This document shows, piece after piece, positions 14,100 to 27,359 of a stretch of DNA of 64,000 bases (positions within the stretch are counted from its first letter, which is position 1; each line of letters opens with the position of its first letter). Where the stretch lies: NCBI RefSeq assembly GCF_009914755.1, contig NC_060926.1; one strand, written 5' to 3'. The notes beneath the pieces were generated by a model. That model saw only the letters and a list, made by a program, of their open reading frames with translations, did no database searches and had not been told where the DNA came from. The translations under genes were made by a program, and so were the position numbers. The DNA is from the human T2T-CHM13v2.0 reference genome, Homo sapiens.

Positions 14100-14721
14100 A
14101 TGGTCTTGTTGGGATGGATCCTCTTGCCCCTGGTGCTCTGCATTCATGGTACAGGATTCTTTGTACATATAAGTAATTTTCAGGATGAGAACAGTGGTGG
14201 CCACTCTTATCCAGTGGGTGAGACAGTGAAGATCAATGGCCAAAGTTTTTATTTCAGCCTTTCATTCAGATGGCAGAGGCTTAAAAACCTGAAGAACACC
14301 TAGATATGATGTATCTTTTTTTTCATTCACAACCATTGTTTTTGACTTGTATTCAGACTGATCAATTGTTTTTCCACCCTTTCCCATCAGGCTACTGTGA
14401 TGACTCAGCCCCCATCCCTCCTGTCTGTGGCCGTGGGAGACAGGGTCTCCGTCTCCTGCAAGACCAGTCGCAATCTCATCCATAGGAATGGAGACATCTA
14501 CTTGAACGGTTTCCAACAGAAGCCACACCAATCTCCTCAACCACTGATCTATATGGTGACAAACCGGGCTCCTGGGTCCCAGCCCACGTCAGTGGCAGTG
14601 GGTCTGGGAGGAATTTCATACTCACAATCACCAATGTGGAGCCAGGAGATGTTGCATATTCCTTCTGTGAGCAGCGCACTCACTGGGACCCTATACAGTG
14701 GAACGGCCCTAAACATACACC
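14100..14721 (+). pseudogene. Vkappa relic C, near complete, of an unnamed family
   Basis: TTTTGCAT at 13979; 49-nt leader 14100-14148 (MVLLGWILLPLVLCIH, GT donor); V from 14391 ATVMTQPPSLLSVAVGDRVSVSCKTSRNLIHRNGDIYLNGFQQKP; -1 frameshift at 14574; ..ITNVEPGDVAYSFCEQRTHWD; RSS TACAGTG-12-ACATACACC at 14694-14721. Confidence 0.9.
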
Positions 14722-14725
14722 ACCC

Positions 14726-15112
14726 TGTCAGGCCTCTGAGCCCAAGCTAAGCCATCACATCCCCTGTGACCTGCATGTATCCATCCAGATGGCCTGAAAC
14801 AACTGAAGATCCACAAAATAAGCAAAAATAGCCTTAACTGATGACATTCCACCATTGTGATTTTTTCCTGCCCCACCCTAACTGATACGATATAGTGTCC
14901 CCTGCCCTTAAAAAGGTACTTTGTAATATTCTCCCCGCCTTTGAGAATGTACTTTGTATGCCTATCCCAAACCTATATGAGCTAATAATAATCCCACCAC
15001 CCTTTGCTGACTCCTTTTTCGGACCAGCCCGCCTGCACTCAGATGAAATAAACAGCCTTGTTGCTCACACAGAGCCTGTTGGTGGACTCTCTTTACACGG
15101 ACACACGTGACA
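14726..15112 (+). mobile_element. HERV-H solo LTR (LTR7 family)
   Basis: TGTCAGGCCTCTGAGCCCAAGCTAAGCCATC start, AATAAA, ends GTGACA; 5-bp TSD CACCC. Confidence 0.92.
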
Positions 15113-17253
15113 CACCCATGCAGGGTCAACCCTTCTGCTCAGCTGAGCATCTGCTTCCTCCAGGGAATCAGTGTCTGAGCAGCTGCTCCTCTTAGAGAAG
15201 AAGGAAATTGGGGTGAGGTAGAAATGGTGAGGAGCCCTTGAAGGAGGTGGGAAGATGTGGTGTGGCTCTAAGCCCAGGGGTCCCTCTCATTAAATGATCA
15301 GTGTCCAGACAGCATTGCTGAGGCAGCTCCCAGAGGGCTCCATCCTGAGTCCCTCTTCTCAGGCCCCCTGTATCACTGGCCCTGAAGAAATACTCTCCTG
15401 TTGTCCATGGCTCCAAGAACAGTTTGCCTTGCCCTGACTTTGCTGCTCAACTCACAGCCTCATTGCAGATTCCACTGGACCATACACAGTGTCAGATCCA
15501 TAAGGAGGTACTGGTCTGTTCTAAATCAGCTGTTCTGATTCTCAACTTCCTGCCTTATGGCTCATCTCCATGAGATTCATGTGCTCCACCCTTTCTGGCT
15601 CAGCCATGCTCTTCCTGGCTTCCCCTAATCCCAGGTTTTCCCCTGGAAGTTTGATAGGCTTCTCCTCTAAGTATGTTGTCAATTTATTTTCTTACTTGCT
15701 TGATTTCTGGGGAAACAAGTCCTTTCAAGCCTAGGCCCTTCTGAGACCTCAGGGATGCAAGGCAAAAAGAGCAAAGCAGCTGCACGTGTATGAGACTGAA
15801 TTGGTCACCTAAACTGTCATTAAGTTTTTTGCTAAGTCATTGCTTTTCTCTGGAAATAGTTTTTCAAGATGCAAGTATTTGATTTTTAAAACATGTGTGG
15901 CTTTTCCAAATGCTTTTCTTCTAAGTCTTCTTCTCCACAAGTCCAAGTTAGGCTAATTATATCCAGTAAAGTCTGGTAGCCCTTCTCTAATAGCTCCTCT
16001 TTCCGTACCCCTAGCAACACTCAGTCATAATCCCACTGATTCATCAGATGACAAATGCAAAAACTTGGAAAAATATATATTCTTCATAACAAATGCTATA
16101 TATTTTAAACTGAGGCCCTAGACTTTCATCTTCTCCAATATTGTGTCTCAACTGTGTGAATTATATAATATGGCAGCAATTGTATTTCAATCTCTCCAGT
16201 TAGGAGCAGCTCAGTGCTTGCAGTATCTTTCCATTTGATTTCTATAACATTCCTAGTGGTAGAAAATTCAGTTCATTTATCCAATTACATGGCTTAGTAA
16301 CAGCTGTCTGTTGGTGTAATACTTCCATGTTTTAATAATCCTATTCCCCTGTTCCATTATTCAAGCTAACAACATTCCATTGGTAAATGGCATCACTGAA
16401 AATTTACTGTTTAAGAATGAACATTATTTTTTCAATATTCTTAATTGGTTAGAAGACTTCAAAAATAACTAAATTCTGAAAAAAAAATAAGTAATGGCAG
16501 GCTCAGAGAAAAATAAATTATTTCTAATAATGTGAGGACATGACCAAATGGGAAGAGCAGTGAAAGCAGTTGCGTGTGTTCCCTTTGTCCAAAACATTTT
16601 ACAAAAAGGATTTTATTGATCACGGTCCTTCATCATCACAGGTAACAAGACATGTTGACATTATGCAACTCAAGATGATGCACTGGCTGACGAGGACCAT
16701 CTCTTTTGTGATATTCTTGTCAAAAACATATAATCTGAATTAGTTGAGAAAATTAGAAGGGCAATCTTAAAAATCATTGATAGTACATTTTGCAAGCATT
16801 GAGGTCATGAAAGACAAAGAAAGAATAAACAATGATCACAGATTGGAGGAGATTAAGGAGACAAGAATATTAAGTGCAATATGTCATCCTGGATTTGATA
16901 CTGGAACTTGAAAGAATCTTTAGTGAAAAATTTAGTGGGATCCAAATATGGAGTAAATACTATTGTATCAATATTAATTTTTCATTTTATATCATCCCAC
17001 TTTGGTTATTTAAGATGTTTAATATTAAGAGAAGGTGGAGGAGAAGTATATTGAAACAATCTACTACTTTTGAAACTTTGCATAAATCTAAATTTATTTC
17101 AAAACTAATTAAAATATACAAATGAAAATATAAGTAAGAAAAGAACATAAGCTCCTAAGGAGCAATTCCACAAGTATCATTCTATTTTTCCTCATTTTCT
17201 TATTTGTGATTTCTGTTTCTTGAAATGACAATCCCGGTTTCTATTATCTATAG

Positions 17254-17713
17254 CAGTGGTCCCCAACCTTTTTGGCACCAGGGACTGGTTTCATGGAAGA
17301 CAATTTTTCCATGGGTCTCAGAGTGGGGGATGGTTTCAGGACTATCCAAGCACATTATATTTATTGTGCACTTTATTTCAATTATTATTACATTGTAATA
17401 TATAATGAAATAATTGCACAACTCATCATAATGTAGAATCAGTGGAAGCCCTGGGCTTGTTTTCCCGCAACTAGATGGTGCCATCTGGGGGTGATGGGAG
17501 ACAGTGACAGATCATCAGGCATTAGTTTCTCATAAGGAGCACACAACCTGGATCCCTCACATGTACATTTCAAAATGAGGTTTGCACTGCAGTGAAAATC
17601 TAATGCTGCTGCTGATCTGACAGATGGTGGAGCTCAGGTGGTAATGCAAGCAATGGGGAGAGGCTCTAAAGACAGAGGAAGCTTTGCTTGCTTACCTGCT
17701 GCTCACCTCCTGC
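17254..17713 (+). mobile_element. MER1A (hAT-Charlie) DNA transposon, 3' truncated
   Basis: CAGTGGTCCCCAACCTTTTTGGCACCAGGGACTGGTTTCATGGAAGACAATTTTTCC terminus. Confidence 0.85.
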
Positions 17714-17904
17714 AGTTGTAAAAGATCAAATGAGATGTTGAATTCAATAGAGTTATTTTAAAGATGTTTAAAAAATTTATTTCTTTCGATCAGTACTCTA
17801 TGATCAAATACTTAAAATGGAAAATATGAAAAAAATGATTAAACACATTGTACCTAGCTGAGGGATTTTTCCTAACCACTGCACAAATGAAGACCACGAC
17901 ATTG

Positions 17905-18586
17905 TGTAACTGCCCAACGTGTTCACCTTGCCTGCTGCCTAGACAGAGCTGATTTCTCAAGACAGGGGAATTGCAACAGAGAAAGAGTAATTCAGGCAGG
18001 GCTGGCTATGCGGGAGACCAGAGTTTTATTATTAATCAAATCAGTCTTGCTGAGCATTTAGGGAGCAGAATTTTTAAGGACAACTTGGTGGGTGGTGGGT
18101 GAGCCAGTGAGCCAGGAGTGCTGATTGGTCAGAGATGAAATCACAGGGATTCAAAGCTGTCTTCTTGCACTGAGTCAGTTCCTGGGTGGGAGACCATAAG
18201 ATCAGATTAGCAGTTTATTGATCTGGGTGGTGCCAGCTGATCCGTCAAGTGCAAGATCAAAATATCTCAAGCACTGATCTTAGGAGCAGTTTGAGGGGGT
18301 CAGAACCTTGTAGCCTCCAGCTGCATGACTCATAAACCATAATTTCCAATCTTGTGGCTAATGTTAGTCCTACAAAGCCTATCTAGTCCCCAGGCAAGAA
18401 GAACATCTGCTTTGGGAAAAGGCTGTTATTGTCTTTGTTTTAAACTCTAAACTAAATTCCTCTCAAAGTTAGTTCAGCCTATGCCCAGGAATGAACAAGG
18501 ACAACTTGGAGGTTAGAAGCAAGATGGAGTCAGTTAATTTAGACCTCTTTCACTGTCTCAGTCATAATTTTGCAAAGTCAGTTTCA
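17905..18586 (-). mobile_element. LTR8-like ERV1 solo LTR
   Basis: TGTAACTGCCCAAC..CCTAGACAGAGCTGATTTCTCAAGACAGGGGAATTGC..TTTGCAAAGTCAGTTTCA. Confidence 0.75.
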
Positions 18587-19190
18587 TTTGCAATAAAGAG
18601 TTTTAGTAGACATAAGGCTGGCCACACCACATGGGAGACAGAGTTAGTACTCAAATCAATCTCCCTGAAGGCCTGTAGTTAGGGGTTTTTCAAAGGCAGT
18701 TTGGAGGAAGGGGTGGCCAGGTAATGGGTGCTTGCTGCTGATTGGTTGGGTCAGAAATGAAGTCATAAAATGTCAGAGCTGTCCTCTGGAGCTGAATCTC
18801 TCCTGAGTGGGGCCACAGGATGCGGGTTAGCAGGTCCAGGTGGAGCCATTGCTGTCAGATAAGCAACAATACTTGAAAATATATCTTAAAAGGCCAATCT
18901 ACAATAGTGGTGTTATCTGAAGGAGTATCTGGTGACCAGTCCACACCTTAGCAGAATCAGGCTCCTTTTTTCCCACTATTTGATGGCCTTTCATGATCTT
19001 TACAAAGGTAGCTGAGTTTTGGGTAACCCATATCATCATTTAAACTATAACCTAAATGGCTTCCAAAGTTAGCTCTGCCCAAAAGCCCAGGAATAATTAA
19101 GGAAAATGCAAGATGGGGAGGTGGGTTAGATCAGATCTCTTTTACTGCCATAATTTTCTTACTATTAAAATTTTTGCAATGGTGGTTTCA
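18587..19190 (-). mobile_element. second ERV1 (MER4-group) LTR adjacent to LTR8
   Basis: similar terminus TTTTTGCAATGGTGGTTTCA and shared internal motifs (TAAACTATAA..AAAGTTAG). Confidence 0.55.
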
Positions 19191-19835
19191 AAATAGCGAC
19201 TTTCAGTAGAACAGTGGAAGTTATGAAGACAAAAAAATACCAAAAGAGAATTTTAAAACTGAAAAGTAGAATAACTCAATTGAAAATTTAGATAGGCACC
19301 ACAATAGTTGACAGTGTCAGAAGAATCAGTGAACTTGAAGATCAACCAATAGAAATAATCTGTTCCAAAGAATAAAGATGTAAGCAGCCAAGCAAGACCT
19401 CAGAGATGTATAGGTCAGTGTGAAGAACACCAACAAATGTGGATGGGAGTCACAAAGGAGAAGGGAGAGAGAAAGGAGCTGAAAAAGTATGTGAAGAAAT
19501 AATGGGAACATCTTTTCAAATGTATTGAAATACATTACTATATAGATCCAAGAAATGTGATGAAACACATCCAGGGGAAGCAAAAAAGATTCATAACTAC
19601 ACACATTGTAATTAAAATGCTGAAATACAGTTACAAAGGGAAAATCTTCAAGAGAAAAAAACCACTATGTACAAAGATACAATAATGTAGACACTGAATA
19701 AGGGTCCATTATTTCTAATGGAGACTAGAAGACGGTGGAATGGCATACTCAAATGCTGAAAGAAAAAAATCAACCCAAAGTTCTATATGCAGCAAAAGTA
19801 TACTTTAAGAATAAAGCAAACTAAACATATTTCTT

Positions 19836-20618
19836 TGTCGATAAAGAGTCAAACTCTCTAAAATATTTGAAGAGATTTATTCTGAGCCAAATGAGTGACT
19901 GTGGCCCCCAACACAACCCTCAGGAGGTCCTGAGAACATGTACCCAAGGTGGTTGGGGCGCAGCTTGGTTTTATACATTTTAGAGAGGCATGAGACGTCA
20001 ATCAAACACATTTAAGAAATACATTGGTTTGGTCCAGAAAGGCGGGACAACTCAAAGCAGGGGTGAGGATGGGGGGTGGTGAAGCGGGGGAGGTTCCAGG
20101 CTCTAACTAGCATTTCCTTGTTGACAATTGGTTGAGTTTGTCTAAAGACCTGGGATCAATAGAAAATAAATGTTCAGGTTAAGATAAAAGACTGCGGAAG
20201 ACCAAGGTTCTTTTGAAGTCATACAGTGGCTGCCCTTAGAGAAAATAGATTACAAATATTTCCTATTCAGATCTTTAAAATGTGCTAGACTCTTCTTTAA
20301 GATTGGGAGAGCCTGGAAGAAAAAGATCTGGCTATGTTAATAGAGATTCTTTACAGATGCAAATTTTTCCCCACAAAGGACAGCTTTGCAAGGCCATTTC
20401 AAGATAGGGCAAAGAAACATGTTTTGGGGTAAAATATTTTAATTTTCTGCCTTGTTGCATAATGTTCCACCACAGTCAGGTTGGAAAGTAAGTCCAAGGA
20501 TATGTAGGGTTAAATAAAACCCATCTGATGAGAATTTATAGTTTGTAGGGCATGACTCCCCAGACTCCTTAGATAGGAACTGAGACAAGGAAAAAAAAAA
20601 TCAGAGCTTAGTCCTTAC
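19836..20618 (-). mobile_element. MER4-like LTR inserted in an old L1 ORF1 fragment
   Basis: AAGAGTCAAACTCT..AAATATTTGAAGAGATTTATTCTGAGCCAAAT..CCTCAGGAGGTCCTGAGAACATG motifs. Confidence 0.75.
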
Positions 20619-21364
20619 CTTGATAAACACAAATGAAAAGAAAATATTACTTGTAGATATTCAATAAATTATCTGAAATCAATTTAAGAAAACATTGCTC
20701 AGAATCACATGAAATTATAGAGGACAGTAATTTGAATCCACAAACAGAAATAAAGGCCTCAAAATAGTAAAGAACTGGGAAAAAAATAGACACAATGATA
20801 AAAAAATGTTTACTTCAATTTCTATGATATTCACTACCAAGTACAAACAAACTATTGTGGTAGATGTCAGAAAGACAGTTACTTTGGTTGGGATGGGGAG
20901 GCAGTTATTGAATGGGAAGGTGTACGAGAGAATCATCCAGAAATTTTGAAATATTCTATAGTTTCAGCTGGATAGTGAATATACATAAAACTTTATTCAT
21001 TCCACATTTAGGATTTCTGCCCTTTATATGTGGTTTATTTCAATGAAAAAAAAATAGAAAAGCCAAACCTAGATTCTTTTAAAGAAAATTGGAGGCAAGA
21101 AAAAAGAATCAGCCAATATTTATGGAAACTCAACTTTATTAAAGACAAGTGCAAAATGTGCCTCGAAAAGTGCTAAAGAACTGTTGAAAAACAGGTGGAA
21201 AGAAAAGGAAATATTATAATATGTCTCTTCTCCAACTGAAGCAACACAGATTTTATCTTGGTTAGTTTTCCTTGAAACACGCAGGATATTTTATGTCCCC
21301 TTGCCCACAAGAGAAGCCCTCATCCTCCTGTTGTTGCGCTTAGCATCACTGCACCCACCGGGGG

Positions 21365-21372
21365 ATTTGCAT
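21365..21372 (+). promoter_or_regulatory. IGKV2D-26 octamer
   Basis: ATTTGCAT about 100 nt before the ATG, followed by a GATAAAA TATA-like box. Confidence 0.9.
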
Positions 21373-21472
21373 ATTGTCCTCTAGGGAGGACCTTCCCTTG
21401 TGGGTCTGAGATAAAAGCTCAGCTCTAACCCTTACCTTGACTGATCAGGACTCCTCAGTTCACCTTCTCACT

Positions 21473-22225
21473 ATGAGGCTCCCTGCTCAGCTCTTGGGGC
21501 TGCTAATGCTCTGGGTCCCTGGTAAGGACAGAAGGAGATGAGGGAGGAGAATGGGGTGGGAAGGTAAGCCTGGGGACCCCACTGCCTTCCATGTGTGTTC
21601 TGCCCTGCCCATGTGTTAGATGTACAGGTCTTGTTCTCCAGGATGGGGAATGTGAGGTTTAAATCTGTGAGAGTGAGGACGATTCAAAAAGAAGCAAGGA
21701 CCTGTGTGCTCTGGTGAATATCGTCACACAGAGAAAGGGAGGTGGTGTAGGTGACTTCTAGAATCCCCTTTGCAGCTTGCAAATTTGGAATATGTTTAGT
21801 GTATAAATACAAACAACAAAAAATTATATAGCCTGAAATAAAAAATGAAAATTTATGATAAATGACACATGATATTTGTACATATCCTTCCACTTCTTTC
21901 TATCTATTTTAGGATCCAGTGCAGAGATTGTGATGACCCAGACTCCACTCTCCTTGTCTATCACCCCTGGAGAGCAGGCCTCCATGTCCTGCAGGTCTAG
22001 TCAGAGCCTCCTGCATAGTGATGGATACACCTATTTGTATTGGTTTCTGCAGAAAGCCAGGCCAGTCTCCACGCTCCTGATCTATGAAGTTTCCAACCGG
22101 TTCTCTGGAGTGCCAGATAGGTTCAGTGGCAGCGGGTCAGGGACAGATTTCACACTGAAAATCAGCCGGGTGGAGGCTGAGGATTTTGGAGTTTATTACT
22201 GCATGCAAGATGCACAAGATCCTCC
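21473..22225 (+). CDS. IGKV2D-26: Ig kappa V2 gene segment, open frame (exons 21473-21521 and 21913-22225)
   Basis: [16 protein letters not shown] / [64 protein letters not shown]...[10 protein letters not shown]; Cys23, Trp41 and Cys104 intact; GT/AG splice sites. Confidence 0.93.
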
Positions 22226-22253
22226 CACAGTGCTACAGCCCTGAGCACAAACC
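22226..22253 (+). other. 12-RSS of IGKV2D-26
   Basis: CACAGTG + CTACAGCCCTGA + GCACAAACC. Confidence 0.95.
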
Positions 22254-24274
22254 TCTCTGCTTGAAGTGGCCCAGCTGCTCACATGTGATGTTTGTCTGGG
22301 GAGCAGCACAGCAAGTTCTCTGAGTCTGTGCATGAGGAAAATGTTGGACAACTCAGAGGAGTAGATTGGTCTCATGAATTCCTTGGTTACATCTCAGGAA
22401 CTACTCATTTGTGTAGCTGCAAAAGCCTTGACATGGCAAAAGCAGTAGGAGAATGGGGAAGGTCCCATGGAGCTGATGCTGATTCATGATGCAACTGAAT
22501 AAAAGCTCATTCGAATCCTCCTTTCTTACATTTCTCAATTGTAGTTAATCAGCATAAGTGCCAGGCAATTGATACAAATGTTGGCAACACATGCTGAGTG
22601 CCTCCTCATTTGTATGTATTTCATCCATTTTTATATATTTTAATAGGATAATTATTTGGTCATATTTAGAAATTGGTATTTTCCACCTTCCAAGCTTTCT
22701 ATTTTCCTTACTTATTCCTTATCTTCCTATGTAATAAAGATACTGTAGACAACATTTTACACTAGTTGTAAAATGTGGCTCCCCATTTATACGGGTAGCT
22801 GGTTGGGGGCAATTAGCAAAAATCTTGGTTTTTGAGTGCCTAGACTTTTGTAAATTAATGTCAGATACAAGATCCAAATGCTAAAACTCTTTGATTTGCC
22901 TTGATTACTTCTTACTGATAGATCATAAAAGGAATTCTTGAAATTCCAAAAGTTGGGTTTTAAAAATAAAAGCATACACTGGAATATACAGGGCATAGAA
23001 TTCACCCTATATATTGCTAGAAGAATAGAGAATGATAACAGTTTTAGACTTCGAGGGTACTTCAGGAATGGGAACACACAAGGAACACAGTAGATATGAG
23101 CTACTGTGTCTACCGTATTAGACAATCCTCCTGCATTTTAACTTACATTTGGTGAACTTCAGATGCCAGTGGGTGTTGCAAGTTGATGACATAAACCTAA
23201 AATCAAGTCCCGATGTATTTCTTGTGAAGAGTCACAGAGTTGAAGAGACCACTGCCTGGCTTCCTGAGTTGAGCCTGTGCCACTGCAAGTTTCATGGGAA
23301 AATGGTGAGAAAAGGTGTTTAGGTTTGTAATCATCAAAGGTTTAGTGAAGTTCCCGTGCAAAAAGACTCAATCCCATTCAACTCAGCATGAAGAGATCTT
23401 CTAGAACTCATTCTGCCCCTATAGCAGAGATGATGTGGTCAGGTTTGTGGAGATGAACATGCAGTGACGTGTTAACCAAAAGGCCCAGCAGAAAGGGATA
23501 GTGATCAATGTCCATGGTTGAGACATATACAAAGGATGATTTGCACAGCACTGGAGGAAAAAACATCCTGAGTGTTGGAGATTTCTGCCTTCCTACCCAA
23601 ACTCCCACAGCCTGTCTCCTGACTCAGAACTCAGCAAATGCCACATGAAAAATCTGGCTATGGTTGCACAGAAATTGCCCTGTGCAACCTTCAAAGCTCA
23701 GTTATGTTCTCTCTTCTTGCTGGGTTTCTCTGTCTGTGCCAAATCAAAATTTCTATCCGAACGCACATTTGGTAAAAAAAAAAGGCAGAAAAACAAAATG
23801 TCAGATGAACACCAACTCAACTAGAATTAGTTGTTTTTTTACTCTAGAATTTTAGATCGCCTAGTCCTCATTTCTTCCATTACTTTCTAATGTCACTAAT
23901 AGGTAACTTTGCATTTTATTTGTTTTTATTGGCACATTGTAATTGTACATATTTATGGAGTACACTTTGATGTCTTGATATGTACATATGTTGAAAAATG
24001 ATCAAATCAGGATATTTAGGATGTGCATCAGCTCATGTATTTATCATTTCTTTATGTTACTCTGGGTCCCAGGTGAGGGGAATATGCGGGGGGTTGTGGG
24101 GGGTTCTGTGTGTCAGTGAAAACTCTCTCAACTTTGTTGGGTCCTTCAACCTGGCATCTCTGCTCAGCAAGCACAATAATTAAAGCTCAATGTAGATCAA
24201 TGGTCTTGACTCTATTGGAAAGACAATGGGTATAATCTAGATTACATGTGTGATTATTTGTTTTTCTGTTTAAA

Positions 24275-25490
<1,216 letters not shown>

Positions 25491-27023
25491 ATTTTATTTC
25501 TAATCTCAGATTTCACTGTAGAAACAGTGATGACACAGTCTCCAGCTTCCCTGTCTTTGTCTCTGGAGAAAAAAGCCACCCTGACTTGCAGGGCCAGTCA
25601 GTGTTAGCAGCTACTAAGCCTGGTACCAGAAGAAACCTGAGCGGGCTCCCAGGCTCCTCATCTATGGTACAGCCCTGATTTGTGATAGTGGGTCAGGACA
25701 GGGCTTACTCTCACCATCGGCAGGCTGGAGCCTGAAGATTTGCACTTCATCACTGTTATCAGCATAGTAGTTGGTGTCCCATACTGATTCAACATGCAAC
25801 AAAAACCTCCAGGAGACCTAAGGTGTTTATTTGATTATACCACCTGCTTCCTTTTTAGTCATCTGATGTGGTGCTGCTCAGTTTTAGCATCTCTGCTTTG
25901 ATTGGAAATTCTGAGGTTCTCAAAAGTAATTCCTTATAATATTTATAGTTTCACTGATGGATTTTTTTCTCAGACCCAAATGCACAGCCAGGTTCAGGCA
26001 CAATTTCATGGTCAAGGCCATTGGATCAGACTCACATGAGTGGACGCCTCTAAAGGTCCTGGCCAGTGCGATAAAGTAGCAACGACAATGATAAAGAAGA
26101 AGAATTAGAAAGGCAGAATTAAAGGTATAACAATTCACTGATGAAAGGACTGTGTGGGGGAGAAATTTCAAATTGTCTACACAGAAATTATTAGAATCAA
26201 TGAGATACATAGTAAATAGATTAAAGATCAATATAAAAATATATTTATTTTTATATAAATGTAACAACTGCTAAAAATTAAAATTATGAAACACATCATT
26301 TATAGTAGCATCAAACCAAGAGGCATTAGAAAAAACTAACAAAATATACTGACAGCTCCAGAATATAATTCAAAGAAATCAAAGAAAATCTAAGCCAATG
26401 GAAGGCCATAGTACTTTCAAAGGTTGAAAGTCCCAGTATTGTAAAGATGTTCATTCTTCACAGATTGATATATTAAAGATAATCGAAATCAAAATTCAAA
26501 CTGTTTGTAAATGGAAATGTAAAAGCTGATTCTAAATATCATATTACATTGTTAAGGAGTTTGAATAACCACAATAAACCCGAAGAAGCCCAAGAATGAG
26601 GACTTACACTACTTGGATACTCGAACCGTGCTGCTGATGTGAGTTCAAACAAATTGCCTAATGCAACAGAAGAGGGTATTCTGAGAATGACTAACACATA
26701 TAGTGACACTTTTTAGGGACAAAGGTGACACTGCACAACAGAGTGAAAACAATAAAAAGCTGTCCAACATCAATAATCATCCCAGTCCTACAAATGAAAA
26801 TCACAACTGTCTACCACTAAAACTTCGATAGGATGACTCAAAGGGACAATGCCAAATACAGTGACGGAAAGGGGGAACTAGAAGGGCCACACATTATGTT
26901 TGGGAATATAAAGTGGTACCACAAGTTGGAGAACTGACACTGAATATATAATCCCTTTTAATCCAGCCCTTCCACTCAGAAATGTGTACAGATGTGCACA
27001 GAAAGAAATGTGCAATAACACTT

Positions 27024-27359
<336 letters not shown>

